Below are positions 18,991-28,796 of a stretch of DNA of 64,000 bases, in pieces. Position 1 is the stretch's first letter; each line of letters begins with the position of its first letter. The stretch is taken from contig DASCPX010000059.1 of NCBI GenBank assembly GCA_036012755.1, positions 32,001 through 96,000 of the forward strand. The letters are read 5' to 3'. The notes beneath the pieces are model-generated. The model worked only from the letters and a program-made list of their open reading frames with translations, did no database searches and was not told the DNA's origin. Source of the DNA: Myxococcota bacterium (GTDB lineage: Bacteria; Myxococcota_A; UBA796; CAJQPC01). Position numbers and translations under genes: made by a program.

Positions 18991-20577
18991 CTGTCGCTCC
19001 CCCTCCACGACGAGGTCGTGGGTGTCGGAGAGCGATGCCCGGACGGCCCCGACGGTGTCGATGCGGTCCTCGAGCAGCACCAGCAGCGGCGGGGCGTGGT
19101 CCTCGTCGAGTCGGTCCCGACTTCGGTACAGCTCGATGCCGACGGGGACATCGCCCGCCTCTGCCAGCCGCAGCGTCAGCCCCAGCGAGGGGGCCGTGGC
19201 GCCGGTCGCGAAGTCGTAGCCGATCGGCTGGTCGGCGAGGCCAGCGAGCAGCATGCTCTCGCCGAAGCCGACCTCGGGCTGCCAGGCCGGCGGGTCTCCG
19301 CTCGGGAAGATGGAGAAGGGGTCGTCGATGGCGTCCACCACGACCTCGTCGAAGGGCTGCTCCACCGAGGGGAGCTCGAAGCCGCGCTTGAGGACGAGGG
19401 GCTCCGCGAGGGCGAGGATCGCGCAGGCCACCGCCCAGGCTCTGTAGCGGTCTATGACCAGGCCCAGGCCGACCGCGGAGCTCAGGATCCACGGCACGAG
19501 CAAGCGGGTGGGATTGCTGAGGAAGTCTCCCCCCACGAGCCAGGACAGCGGCGCTTGGATGTCGCCGGGGCGCCCGAGCTGGCGCAGCAGCATCGGGATG
19601 CCCGGACCCAGAGCGAAGAAGACGAGGGCCAGGATCGACCATGGCCGGGAGCGACGGAAGCCCAGGCCCACGAGGGCCGCCAGGGCCACCAGCCAGCCAG
19701 GTTGCCAGCGGGCCATCGAGCGCAGCCAGGCTGGCGGGGGCTCGGCGGCGATGGCACCACCGGTGGACGGGCGGCGAGCCACGACCTGGCCGGTCGAGGG
19801 CGACACGAGCTCGCCGGGGTGGAGGGACCAGCCGTGACTGTGGACCTCTGAGAGGCGTCCGTCGTCGCCCCGCTCGGTCAGCCAGATCGGGGCGATTGCC
19901 ACCGCACAGGCGACCGCTGCGACACCGGCAAAGGCCAACCAGCGGCGCCAGGCGCGCCACGTCCAAGCCGCAGCGCAGAGGCATCCGATCGCAAGGTAGA
20001 TCGCGAAGTATGGGCTGCTCGCGGCTGTGGCGAAGACTCCCAGGCCCGCCAGCGCGAGGTCCCGACGCCGGCCGCTCGCGTGCCACCGGACCAGGCCGGC
20101 CACCGCCAGCGCGGCGATGCCGACACAGCTCACCTCGACGATGGCGTCGCCGAGGTTGGTCAGCAGAAAGGGAGAGAGCTGGACGACGAGACCGGCGGCG
20201 AGGGCCCCGGGCCGACCGCCGCCGCAGACCCGGACGAGCAGGTATGGGCCGACCCCGCTGAGGACCAGCAGCACCAGCGCGAGCACGCTCAGGCCAGCGA
20301 TGGCGCCCAGGGTCAGGCTGAAGGGGAGCTGGACGAGGTCCAACAGCGGCGCCACCGGCCAGAAGCCACGGCCATCGGGCCAGTTGATGAGATCGGCGTG
20401 GCCGACCGGTGCCTCCAGCCGCAGCCACCGAAGGAGTTGCAGGTGGCCGAAGAGCTTGCGAGTGGCCTCGCCGTATGGCCCGCCGAGCATGCGGCCTGGT
20501 GCCAGAGCGCCGCGCAACAGCGCCAGCGCGGGCAGCAGGTAGAGGGCCCAGGACAGGCGCTGGAGCTTCACGCGCAT
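18967..20577 (-). CDS. Polytopic membrane protein, possible GT-C glycosyltransferase, similar to its convergent neighbour
   Basis: LINWPDG, many TM segments, SPYF, NPTR; TACGCT upstream of TTG/ATG. Confidence 0.6.
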   Translation of the reverse strand: MRVKLQRLSWALYLLPALALLRGALAPGRMLGGPYGEATRKLFGHLQLLRWLRLEAPVGHADLINWPDGRGFWPVAPLLDLVQLPFSLTLGAIAGLSVLALVLLVLSGVGPYLLVRVCGGGRPGALAAGLVVQLSPFLLTNLGDAIVEVSCVGIAALAVAGLVRWHASGRRRDLALAGLGVFATAASSPYFAIYLAIGCLCAAAWTWRAWRRWLAFAGVAAVACAVAIAPIWLTERGDDGRLSEVHSHGWSLHPGELVSPSTGQVVARRPSTGGAIAAEPPPAWLRSMARWQPGWLVALAALVGLGFRRSRPWSILALVFFALGPGIPMLLRQLGRPGDIQAPLSWLVGGDFLSNPTRLLVPWILSSAVGLGLVIDRYRAWAVACAILALAEPLVLKRGFELPSVEQPFDEVVVDAIDDPFSIFPSGDPPAWQPEVGFGESMLLAGLADQPIGYDFATGATAPSLGLTLRLAEAGDVPVGIELYRSRDRLDEDHAPPLLVLLEDRIDTVGAVRASLSDTHDLVVEGERQSVWRRRD

Positions 20578-20659
20578 CAAGTGCGAGAGCGTAGCCGTCT
20601 CGGGCCTGGCCGTGAATGATCCTCGGGCGCGGCTACACTCATGGGACAAAGGAGAGCGC

Positions 20660-21718
20660 ATGATCCTGGCCCTCGCGATGCTCCTCGGCACTGCACGTGC
20701 GGAGGAACCAGCCCCGCCAGCCCCGGCAGAAACGTCGTCGTCGCCACAGCCCACGGCGGCGACCTTGTCCCTGGGCGACGAGGAGCGCGAGGGGCTGCGC
20801 GAGGCGCTCGGGGCGGTCTCGGAGCTTCGCGGCGAGCAAAGGCGCGACGCTCTGCTCCAGCTCCTGGACGACGAGTCCCTGTCTCCGGCGCAGAAGGCCG
20901 CCGTGTCTCGTGCATTGGGGGCGGCGTGGGACGACGAGGCGCCCTTCAGCTCGGTCATGGCCGCTGCGATGCGGGACAAGCGCTCCAAAGGGGACAAGGA
21001 GCGTGCGCCCAGCGTGGTGCAGCTCACTCCAGAGAAGCTCACGAACGTGCGCGAGTATCAGCGTCGGCGGATCATGATCCGCCAGGAGACAGAGATCCGC
21101 GGCGGGGGCACCAGCGTCGTCTCGAGTCCTTGGGCCAACCCCTACAGCGTGACTCCGAGCCAGGTCGTCCAGGACCCCATCTACACCGTACAGGGCTGGG
21201 GCATCTACCAGGGCAGTCGGCGCCTGAGCGTGCCGGAGTACCTGGGCGTCATCGACAGCGCGCAGATGCAGCAGTACCTCGAGGACGACATCCTGCGCCT
21301 GAACCGCACGAGCAAGGCGCTGTATGCCTTCGGCGGCCTGGGCGTCGCCGCCACGGTCGTCGGCGTGATCGGCATGAACGCTGCCAGGCAGCAGAACGAC
21401 AGCGATCTGTGGCTGATCTTCTTCGCCACCGCCGGCGGAGGCGTCGCGACCATGCTGACCGGCTTCGTCGGCGGCTCGATCCCGGCGTCGAAGGCCACCC
21501 GCGTCGAGCAGGACCCGGAGTACACCTTCACCCCCGAGCAGGTCCGCGAGGGCATCGACGGCTACAACGACGAGCTCAGGCAGGAGCTGGAGCTGAGCCC
21601 CGAAGAGGTCCTCTTGATCGAGGCAGCCGGCAGCGGGGCCAACGTCCAGCCCTACGTCGTGCCGACGGCCACACCCGGGGGGCTCGGCCTGTCCCTGGGC
21701 GTCGGGGGCAGCTTCTAG
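20660..21718 (+). CDS. Secreted/membrane hypothetical protein
   Basis: AAGGAG RBS; signal ending ARA; two Gly-rich hydrophobic helices; C-terminal GLSLGVGGSF strand. Confidence 0.7.
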   Translation: MILALAMLLGTARAEEPAPPAPAETSSSPQPTAATLSLGDEEREGLREALGAVSELRGEQRRDALLQLLDDESLSPAQKAAVSRALGAAWDDEAPFSSVMAAAMRDKRSKGDKERAPSVVQLTPEKLTNVREYQRRRIMIRQETEIRGGGTSVVSSPWANPYSVTPSQVVQDPIYTVQGWGIYQGSRRLSVPEYLGVIDSAQMQQYLEDDILRLNRTSKALYAFGGLGVAATVVGVIGMNAARQQNDSDLWLIFFATAGGGVATMLTGFVGGSIPASKATRVEQDPEYTFTPEQVREGIDGYNDELRQELELSPEEVLLIEAAGSGANVQPYVVPTATPGGLGLSLGVGGSF

Positions 21719-21730
21719 CGGCCTGCTAGC

Positions 21731-22741
21731 TCAGAGGTCCCGGACGCAGCGGAAGCCCAGGCCGTTGCTGGTCGCGTCGGAGGGCTCGAGGAAGCGGGCG
21801 TAGGTGTTGTCGAAGGGACTGCCGAGGGCGAAGCTGCCACCTCGCGCGATCCGGGCCAGGGTCTCCCTGCCGGGGAACTTGGTCAGCTCGGCGTCATCCT
21901 CTGTGGCGCAGGGATCCTCGTCGGGCCCCTCGCTGTAGAAGCTCCCGTTGTACCAGTCCGCGACCCACTCCCCCATGTTGCCGGTCATGTCGTGGGCACC
22001 GTAGGGTGAGACCGAGTCGGGGTAGAGGCCGACGGGGAGCGTGTCCCCGATGCACATGTCGCGATCCTCCGAGATGTTGGCGTCTTCGCAGCCGCTGGGC
22101 CCCTCGCCCCAGGGATACTCACGCCCGTCGTCACCGCGGGCCGCCTTCTCCCACTCCGCCTCGGTCGGAACGCGCTTGCCGACCCATTCGCAGTAGGCGT
22201 CCGCAGAGTGGGACCACACCTCGGCGACCGGGTGGTCCTCGAAGCCCTCCATGATCTCGAAGGAGTCCCCCAGATCCAGGATGCGCTCCGGGAAGGTGTC
22301 GTCGTCGTCTTCGAAGTCGTAGAGCGGGAGGCCCTCTTCGGTCTCGTTCCAACGGCCCGCCTCCGCTTCGGCCTCCAGGAACTCTACGAAGTCGCTGTTG
22401 ACGACCTCGTACACGTCGACGCAATAGCCCGAGACGTAGATGTCACGGCGTTCTGGCTGCTCGATGTCGACGAGCATGTCGCCGCTGGCAGTGACGACGT
22501 CCGGGTGGCCACGCAAGAACCAGCCCTCGGGGACGAGCCGCTCGGTCAGGGGGGTGACGGCGGGATCGCCATCATCGCAGTCCACCAGGGCGGCATCCTC
22601 GTCCAATGCGTAGTAGCCGTCACCGTCGGCGTCGATCCTGCTGTCGTCGATCCCGCTGTCGTCGACGACAGCCGTTGGGCCTGCCCGCTGAGGTCGGTCC
22701 ATGTACGTCGGGGAGGCGCAGCCCAGGATGAGAATAATCAT
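21731..22741 (-). CDS. SUMF1/EgtB/PvdO (FGE-sulfatase domain) lipoprotein
   Basis: RVPTEAEWEKAARG, YPWG, SPYGAHDMTGNMGEW, RGGS, GFRC. Confidence 0.92.
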   Translation of the reverse strand: MIILILGCASPTYMDRPQRAGPTAVVDDSGIDDSRIDADGDGYYALDEDAALVDCDDGDPAVTPLTERLVPEGWFLRGHPDVVTASGDMLVDIEQPERRDIYVSGYCVDVYEVVNSDFVEFLEAEAEAGRWNETEEGLPLYDFEDDDDTFPERILDLGDSFEIMEGFEDHPVAEVWSHSADAYCEWVGKRVPTEAEWEKAARGDDGREYPWGEGPSGCEDANISEDRDMCIGDTLPVGLYPDSVSPYGAHDMTGNMGEWVADWYNGSFYSEGPDEDPCATEDDAELTKFPGRETLARIARGGSFALGSPFDNTYARFLEPSDATSNGLGFRCVRDL

Positions 22742-22745
22742 TATC
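22727..22745. promoter_or_regulatory. Fur-box-like site over the SUMF1 gene start
   Basis: GATGAGAATAATCATTATC matches 16/19 of GATAATGATAATCATTATC. Confidence 0.65.
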
Positions 22746-22763
22746 GAAGAGGTACATTTATCA

Positions 22764-23678
22764 TTATTCGAAGGTCTCGATCACTAGAATCCGGGCACCG
22801 TTGACGAGGTCTCGACCTGACAAGGGACGCCGCCCCGGGAGTTGACCTTCGACGACCTCGATCGCATCTCTGTGACAAGCGATGACGAGTCGGCTCCCCG
22901 CCTCCAGGATCTCGCCGGGGGTCCCCCGACCCGAGATGACCCTGCTCCGCTTGATCTTGAAGGGCTCGCCGCGGAATGAGAGCGCCGCCCCGGGCCAGGG
23001 CTGGAGAGCGCGGACGTGGTCGTGGACGCGCTGAGCCTCCTGCCCGAGATCCAGGCGGGCGTCCTCCTTGGTCAGCGGTCTCGCGTGGGTCGCGGCGGCG
23101 TGGTCCTGGGGCACGGGAGTCAACGTCTCCAGGGTCTGCAAGGTCTGGACGAGGACCTCTGCGGTGAGGGCGGCGAGCCGGAGAGCGAGCTCCGGTTGCT
23201 GCTCGTCTGGCCCGATGGTGAGGCTCCGGGACAGCAGCACGTCTCCGGTGTCGAGTCCCGCGTCCATCTGCATCGCGCACACGCCGGTCTCGGTGTCCCC
23301 GCTCCACAGGGCGTGCTGGATGGGGGCCGCTCCTCGCCATCGGGGGAGGAGGGAGCCGTGGCCGTTGATGCTGCCCAGACAAGGCGTATCGAGGACGGCC
23401 TGCGGGAGGATGCGCCCGTAGGCGACGACGACAGCGACGTCGAGGTCGAGGGCCCCGTAGTTCTGCGGGAAGGGGCCGGATCGGAGGCCCCGAGGCTGGC
23501 GAGTCCGGATGCCGAGCTCTCGGGCGCGCACGATCGTGGGGGGGCTTCCGACCTTGCGCCCTCGACCCGAGCGTCGGTCGGGCTGGGCGACGACGGTGAC
23601 CACCTCGTGCCCGGCCTCGACCAGGGCATCGAGGGTGGGCAGGGCGTAGGCGGGGGTTCCGAAGAAAGCGACCTTCAT
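22764..23678 (-). CDS. fmt: Methionyl-tRNA formyltransferase
   Basis: FFGTP, QPDR-x-x-GRG, VVAYG, HGSLLPRWRGAAPIQ, MDAGLDTG; follows def. Confidence 0.97.
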   Translation of the reverse strand: MKVAFFGTPAYALPTLDALVEAGHEVVTVVAQPDRRSGRGRKVGSPPTIVRARELGIRTRQPRGLRSGPFPQNYGALDLDVAVVVAYGRILPQAVLDTPCLGSINGHGSLLPRWRGAAPIQHALWSGDTETGVCAMQMDAGLDTGDVLLSRSLTIGPDEQQPELALRLAALTAEVLVQTLQTLETLTPVPQDHAAATHARPLTKEDARLDLGQEAQRVHDHVRALQPWPGAALSFRGEPFKIKRSRVISGRGTPGEILEAGSRLVIACHRDAIEVVEGQLPGRRPLSGRDLVNGARILVIETFE

Positions 23679-23697
23679 TGGCCGCTGGCCCTAACCT

Positions 23698-24252
23698 CTA
23701 CCAGTACTCGGCGTGCTCCTCGGCATCGCGGCGGATCTTCTTCACCCTCTTCAGGTACCGGGTCTTCTTGAGCCGGCTGACCCGGTCCAGGAGCGTGATG
23801 CCCTCCAGGTGATCCAGCTCGTGCTGGACGATGATCCCGGGGTAGTCGCTCACGTCGAAGCTGTGCTTGCCGCCGTAGGGATCGCGGTGCTCGATCGTGA
23901 CGTAGCGCGGACGCTCGAAGTACTCCCAGAACTCGGGCACCGACAGGCAGCCCTCCTCCCACCGGAACATCTCCTTGCTGCGCATGGAGATGCGCGGGTT
24001 GACCATCAGGATGAGGCACTCGCCCTTTTTGCGGATGCCGTCCTCGTCCCGGTCCGCTGTCAGGTCGACGACCACCAGGCACCGCAGATCCCCTACCTGC
24101 GGTCCCGCGAGGCCGACGCCGGGGGCGGCGTACATGGTCTCCGCCATGTCCCGCATGCGCTGCTCCAGGTCGGCTCCGAACTCGTCCTCTCGCACGGCCC
24201 GCGCCTTCTGGTGCAGCAGCGGGTTCGGCTCCATGAGGATCGGGAGGATCAT
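23698..24252 (-). CDS. def: Peptide deformylase
   Basis: GVGLAGPQVG, EGCLSVP, QHELDHLEG. Confidence 0.97.
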   Translation of the reverse strand: MILPILMEPNPLLHQKARAVREDEFGADLEQRMRDMAETMYAAPGVGLAGPQVGDLRCLVVVDLTADRDEDGIRKKGECLILMVNPRISMRSKEMFRWEEGCLSVPEFWEYFERPRYVTIEHRDPYGGKHSFDVSDYPGIIVQHELDHLEGITLLDRVSRLKKTRYLKRVKKIRRDAEEHAEYW

Positions 24253-24278
24253 GCGCTCATCCTAAGGTCCTGGCGCCT

Positions 24279-25754
24279 TCACGACACCAGCGACACCGCC
24301 CGGTGGGCGAGGCCGTAGATCGTCTCGCTGGGGTTCACCCCGAGCGCGGTGGGTAGCACGGAGCCGTCGACGACGTAGAGGTTCTCGAAGCCGTTGACCT
24401 TGTAGTCGGGGGTGACCACACCCTTCGCCGGGTCGCTGTCCATGCGGCAGCCCCCCATCTGGTGGGCAGAGAAGATCGAGTGCCTCAGGGTGCCGTAGTC
24501 GGCCTCGGAGAGACGGGCGAGGTCGGCTTCGGTCCGCAGGGTGACCGGCTCGGGGTGCAGCGTCGAGGCCTCTTTCACGCCAGCGGCGAGGTGGATGCGT
24601 GCCATGGCGACGTGGGCATCGCGCATGCCCGCGGCGAGCTGCTCGGAGATGGGGTAGTCGACTCGCGGCCGCCCGTCGGCGCGGACGCTCACGGTGCCGC
24701 CCCGGGTCCCGTCGTGGAAGCCGTCGGCGAAGATCGACAGGATCGAGCAGACGTGCGGGAGCTGGGCCATGAACTCGCGCTGCATCGTCCCGAAGCCGAG
24801 GAAGCCCGCGCTGGCGAGCATCGGCTGCAGCGGGGGCACCTCCATGAACCATCCGACCATCTCGCCGCGATCGATGAACTGGTGGCTGCCGATCGACTGG
24901 GGAGCGCCATGCCAGCCGGCGATGCGCTCGGTGTAGAGGCCGCCTACCGCCACGACCGGGTGGAGGTAGGTGTTCTTGCCGACGAGCCCGTTCGGGTCGA
25001 TGTCGTTGGCCAGCAGCAGGCAGGGCGAGTTGATCGCGCCGCCGCTGACGACGACAGTGGTGGCGCTGACGGTCACCCGGTGGCCGTTGCTGCGGCCGTG
25101 GACCTTCGACACCTTGCGCCCATCGTGCTCGAGCCCGACCACCTCGCACTCGCTCAGCAGCGTCCCGTCCGCATCCAGCAGGTCTTGAATCGTGGTCACC
25201 AGCATCGCTTGCTTGGCGTCGTAGGGGCAGCCGAGGCCGCAGTAGCCGCTGTCCGCGCAGCCGCGCACGTTTCGGCGCAACCGCCCCCACTCCCACCCGA
25301 GGGCCTCGCAGCCTCGCCGGAGGACCTCGTTGTTGTTGTTGTTGATCGGCCACTGGGCGATGCCGAGGCGGGCCTCGACGGCCTCGAAGTGGGGATCGAG
25401 ATCGAGCTGGAGGCCGAAGTTCGCGGCCCAGAAGTCCCGAACCCTCTGCGGCGTCCGGAAGCAGGTCGTCCAGTTGATCGTCGTGCCGCCACCCACGCTC
25501 CGTCCCTGCAGGATGGCGACGCTGGCGTCGGCCGTCGCTCGCAGGAAGCGGTCCTGGTAGAGCATCGGGTAGGCCTCGCCCTCCTTCTGGGAGAAGTCGA
25601 GGCGCGTTGCGTATGGGCCGGCCTCGAGCACGACGACGGACAGCCCCTTCGCCGCGAGCCCGGCAGCGAGGACCGAGCCCCCGGCGCCGCTGCCGATGAT
25701 GCAGACATCCGCTGTGAGATCGAGGTCTTCCTGGGTGCCGCGGTAGAGGCTCAT
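24279..25754 (-). CDS. GMC-family oxidoreductase
   Basis: GSGAGG, GGGTTINW, CADSGYCGLGC, SAHQMG, GVNP; ATGA overlap with the upstream gene. Confidence 0.92.
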   Translation of the reverse strand: MSLYRGTQEDLDLTADVCIIGSGAGGSVLAAGLAAKGLSVVVLEAGPYATRLDFSQKEGEAYPMLYQDRFLRATADASVAILQGRSVGGGTTINWTTCFRTPQRVRDFWAANFGLQLDLDPHFEAVEARLGIAQWPINNNNNEVLRRGCEALGWEWGRLRRNVRGCADSGYCGLGCPYDAKQAMLVTTIQDLLDADGTLLSECEVVGLEHDGRKVSKVHGRSNGHRVTVSATTVVVSGGAINSPCLLLANDIDPNGLVGKNTYLHPVVAVGGLYTERIAGWHGAPQSIGSHQFIDRGEMVGWFMEVPPLQPMLASAGFLGFGTMQREFMAQLPHVCSILSIFADGFHDGTRGGTVSVRADGRPRVDYPISEQLAAGMRDAHVAMARIHLAAGVKEASTLHPEPVTLRTEADLARLSEADYGTLRHSIFSAHQMGGCRMDSDPAKGVVTPDYKVNGFENLYVVDGSVLPTALGVNPSETIYGLAHRAVSLVS

Positions 25755-26293
25755 CGGTCGGCTCCGATTGCGGTCGTCAGCGCGGAGAGATCCGGCGGGC
25801 CGGGGTAGCCGATGCCCTCCCAGAGGGACTCGTTCGCCCAGTAGGTCCCGGTGCAGAGACCGGTGAGCGCCTTGTAGACGGTGCGGCGGGTCTCCAGCGA
25901 GGAGTCCGACCAGTCTGCCCAGATCTGGTCCTGGACCTCTGGAGGGGAGGCGGTGAAGGTGTCGTACCGACCGTCGAAGAGGAGCGCCGCGAGCGCGTTC
26001 TCTACGAGCAGCAGGGCCTGCTTGATCTCCATGGCGATGCCGGGATGTGCCGAGGCCAACAGCGCGTCGATGTGCTCCGCGACCTCGAGCTCGTGAGCTG
26101 GCGGGAAGCCCTCGCCACTCGGGGCCACGCGATCCGCGATGGCGGCGAGCACCGAGTACTCGGTCTCGCTCAGGACCTTCAGCGCGTGAGCAGGCGTTCG
26201 AAGCCGACTCCCGCGCAGCGCCAGGCCCCCGCAGGCGAGCAGGGCGGCGCCACCGAGGCCGAGGCCGAGCAGGGATCGACGGGACAGACTCAT
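25751..26293 (-). CDS. Tat-exported gluconate 2-dehydrogenase subunit-3-like partner of the GMC enzyme
   Basis: SRRSLL twin-arginine signal; C-terminal W..IGYPGPP. Confidence 0.85.
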   Translation of the reverse strand: MSLSRRSLLGLGLGGAALLACGGLALRGSRLRTPAHALKVLSETEYSVLAAIADRVAPSGEGFPPAHELEVAEHIDALLASAHPGIAMEIKQALLLVENALAALLFDGRYDTFTASPPEVQDQIWADWSDSSLETRRTVYKALTGLCTGTYWANESLWEGIGYPGPPDLSALTTAIGADR

Positions 26294-26334
26294 GCTTCGT
26301 GCCTCTAACGCCGAACTGCTGCTTGGAGGCAGGC

Positions 26335-26589
26335 ATGAAGGTCCTCATCGAGCACCGCCCCCACGACAAGGCGTTCATGGCCGAGCTCTGCGAGGCCGCC
26401 GTCGCGCTCTTCGGTCGTCGATATGAGACGAACGTCCTGGACTTCGACGGCCCCGTCGTCGAGCTGGTCTGCAGCTGCTGCAACCCGGGAGAGGCCAACC
26501 ACCCGGGCGCCTGGATCGACATGGACGAGGTGACCGTCGTCGCGCTGGGGGCCTTCCTTCGAGGCGTCGCCAGGAAGCAGGCAGCCTGA
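26335..26589 (+). CDS. Small hypothetical protein with CSCC motif
   Basis: GGAGG RBS; 84 aa; GC3 bias. Confidence 0.55.
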   Translation: MKVLIEHRPHDKAFMAELCEAAVALFGRRYETNVLDFDGPVVELVCSCCNPGEANHPGAWIDMDEVTVVALGAFLRGVARKQAA

Positions 26590-26615
26590 GTCCTCCCTGG
26601 ACGTAGACTCGCCGG

Positions 26616-27739
26616 GTGGTGGACAGCATCCGCGTCTTGATCGTCGATGACGACCCCGACATCATCTTCTATGTGCGCGAGCTGCTGACCCCGCCGGGCT
26701 TCGACGTGGTCGCCGAGACCACCTCCGACGGGGGCCTCCTCCGGATGCTGGGCGAGCCCTGGACATCGTCCTGGTGGACTACCGCATCGACCGCCGGAAT
26801 GGCCTGGAGCTCGTGACAGAGGCGCGGGGTGGCGGCTTTGTCGCCCCCGTGCTGATGCTGACGGGCGCGGGCGGCGTCCAGGTCGAGCGGCAGGCCATGG
26901 AGCAGGGCCTGACCCAGTTCCTCGAGAAGCAGCAAATCACCGGCCCCAGCCTCGCCCGCAGCATCCGCTGGGCCATCGACCACGACCGCACGCTCAAGGC
27001 GCTCGCCCGGGCGAACACGCAGCTCGGGCGCCGCAACCAGGAGCTGCAGCGCTTCGCCGGGGTCGTCGGTCACGACCTCCGCGGACCCATGCACCGCATC
27101 GCGACCACGCTCGAGCTGCTGGAGCTGCGCTTCGCGGCGGAGCTCGGCGACGCGGGTGTCGCGATGATCGGGAACACCATCTACGCCGTCGAGGAGCTCG
27201 GACGGCTCGTGGACGACCTCATCTCCTACGCCAGGCTCAACGACGTCCGCTTCACGGAGGTCCACCTCGACGTCTGCCTCGGGCGCGCGCTGGAGACCTA
27301 CGAGGACAGCATCGTCGAGCGCGAGGCGCAGATCGATGTCCAGGTCCTCGGCCCTATTCGGGGGAGCCGCTCGCACCTCACCCAGCTCTTCCAGAACCTC
27401 GTCGGCAACGCGCTGAAGTTCAGTCCCCAACAGAGGCCGGTCCTGCGTGTCCGCAGCCGCGACGAGGGGCCCTACCGGGTGGTGGAGGTAGAGGACGAGG
27501 GCATCGGCGTCGCCCCCGAGCACCACGGGCGCATCTTCGAGGTCTTCCAGCGCCTCCACCGGGACGACGAGTACCCCGGCACCGGCATCGGGCTGGCGAC
27601 CTGCGCGAAGGTCGCGGAGATACACGGTGGGCGCATCGAGGTGGAGTCCCAGCCGGGCGAAGGCAGCATCTTCCGCGTGTACCTCGCTCAGAGGCCGCCC
27701 GAGCCACGCTCTCCGGGTACCTGGAGTTCGGCCACCTGA
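26616..27739 (+). pseudogene. Receiver-histidine kinase hybrid, frameshifted near 26760
   Basis: VLIVDDD in one frame; DIVLVDY, HDLRGP, NLVGNALKF, DEGIG, GTGIGL in another. Confidence 0.8.
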
Positions 27740-27750
27740 TACCCTGAGGC

Positions 27751-28578
27751 ATGCTGCGATGGGGCCTCATCGGAGCGGGCCGCGCAGGCAGGGCCCGTAC
27801 AAAAGCGATCCTCCACGACCCACGCTCGAGGCTGATCGGCGCCTTCGGGGGAGACCCCGAGACCCTTGGTGTGGGGGTGATGCCCAGCCTGGAGGTGCTG
27901 TTCGACTCGGTCGACGCGGTGGCCATCTGCACCCCCGACGTGAGCCACGCCGCCCTCGCCCGCACTGCCCTGGTCGCCGGAATGCACGTGCTCGTCGAGT
28001 ACCCCCTGGCCGGGTCTCGAGAGGTCGCGGCCACGCTGTTGGAGTTCGCTGCTTCCAGGAGTCGGGTGCTCCACGTGGAACACATCGAGCTCCTGAGCGC
28101 CACCCACCTCGTCTTCGCCAGGCACCTGCAGGGCGCCTCGGTGCTCGGCGGCCACGTGCGCTTCACGGGGCCGCCGAGACAGGGCCTCCTCAGCGTCGCC
28201 CACGCCAACGTCGCCCGGCTCCACCGGGTGGTCGACGCCATCGGGCTCCCCGACTCGATCGAAGGCTCCACCACCGGCGGCCTCGTCGAGGGATCGCTCG
28301 GCTACGGCGCCGCGGGCGTGAGCCTGCGCTTCGAGCTCGGCGAGGATCTGCCTCGCCGAACCGACATGCTGATCGAGACCACCAGCGGCAAGGTCAGGCT
28401 CGAGGGCAAGGAAGTGCTGGTGGACGGGGTGGTCAGCCAGCTCGACGAGCAGCCGGGGCTGTTCGCCAGCGACCAGCGTCGCGCGACCGCCCGCATCCTG
28501 GATGGCGGCCCGTCTTATGTGTCCGACTCCCGGGTGCTCGATGTCCTTGGACTTGCGGATGCGCTTTCCAGCACTTAG
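27751..28578 (+). CDS. Gfo/Idh/MocA oxidoreductase (biliverdin-reductase-like)
   Basis: GAGRAG, ICTP...H, HVLVEYPLA, LHVEHIELL. Confidence 0.85.
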   Translation: MLRWGLIGAGRAGRARTKAILHDPRSRLIGAFGGDPETLGVGVMPSLEVLFDSVDAVAICTPDVSHAALARTALVAGMHVLVEYPLAGSREVAATLLEFAASRSRVLHVEHIELLSATHLVFARHLQGASVLGGHVRFTGPPRQGLLSVAHANVARLHRVVDAIGLPDSIEGSTTGGLVEGSLGYGAAGVSLRFELGEDLPRRTDMLIETTSGKVRLEGKEVLVDGVVSQLDEQPGLFASDQRRATARILDGGPSYVSDSRVLDVLGLADALSST

Positions 28579-28604
28579 AGCGTCGCCTTCTTTGACGTTC
28601 AGCC

Positions 28605-28763
28605 CTGCAGGTGTCCCACGTCGTGGGATGAAACGGGAAGTCGGTGAGAGACCGACACGGCCCCCGCCACTGTGACCGGGTACGCCCTCCGCGATTGCCA
28701 CCCCTGATGAGGGGGAAGGCGCGACGGGGCGGATGATCCGGGAGTCAGGAGACCGGCCTGTAG
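28605..28763 (+). ncRNA. Cobalamin (AdoCbl) riboswitch
   Basis: AGGT...AAACGGGAAGTCGGTGAGAGACCGACACGGCCCCCGCCACTGTGA...GCCAC...GGGAAGGC...GAGTCAGGAGACCGGCCT; ends pair (CTGCAGGT/GCCTGTAG); lies before a TonB receptor. Confidence 0.93.
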
Positions 28764-28796
28764 CAGCTCGACCAGCCTTTCGGGAGGAAAGGCGGC

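Noticed and set aside
28067..28082. Third parS-like sequence TGCTCCACGTGGAACA
   Set aside because: One mismatch, and it encodes the LHVEH motif of the oxidoreductase, so it may be coincidental
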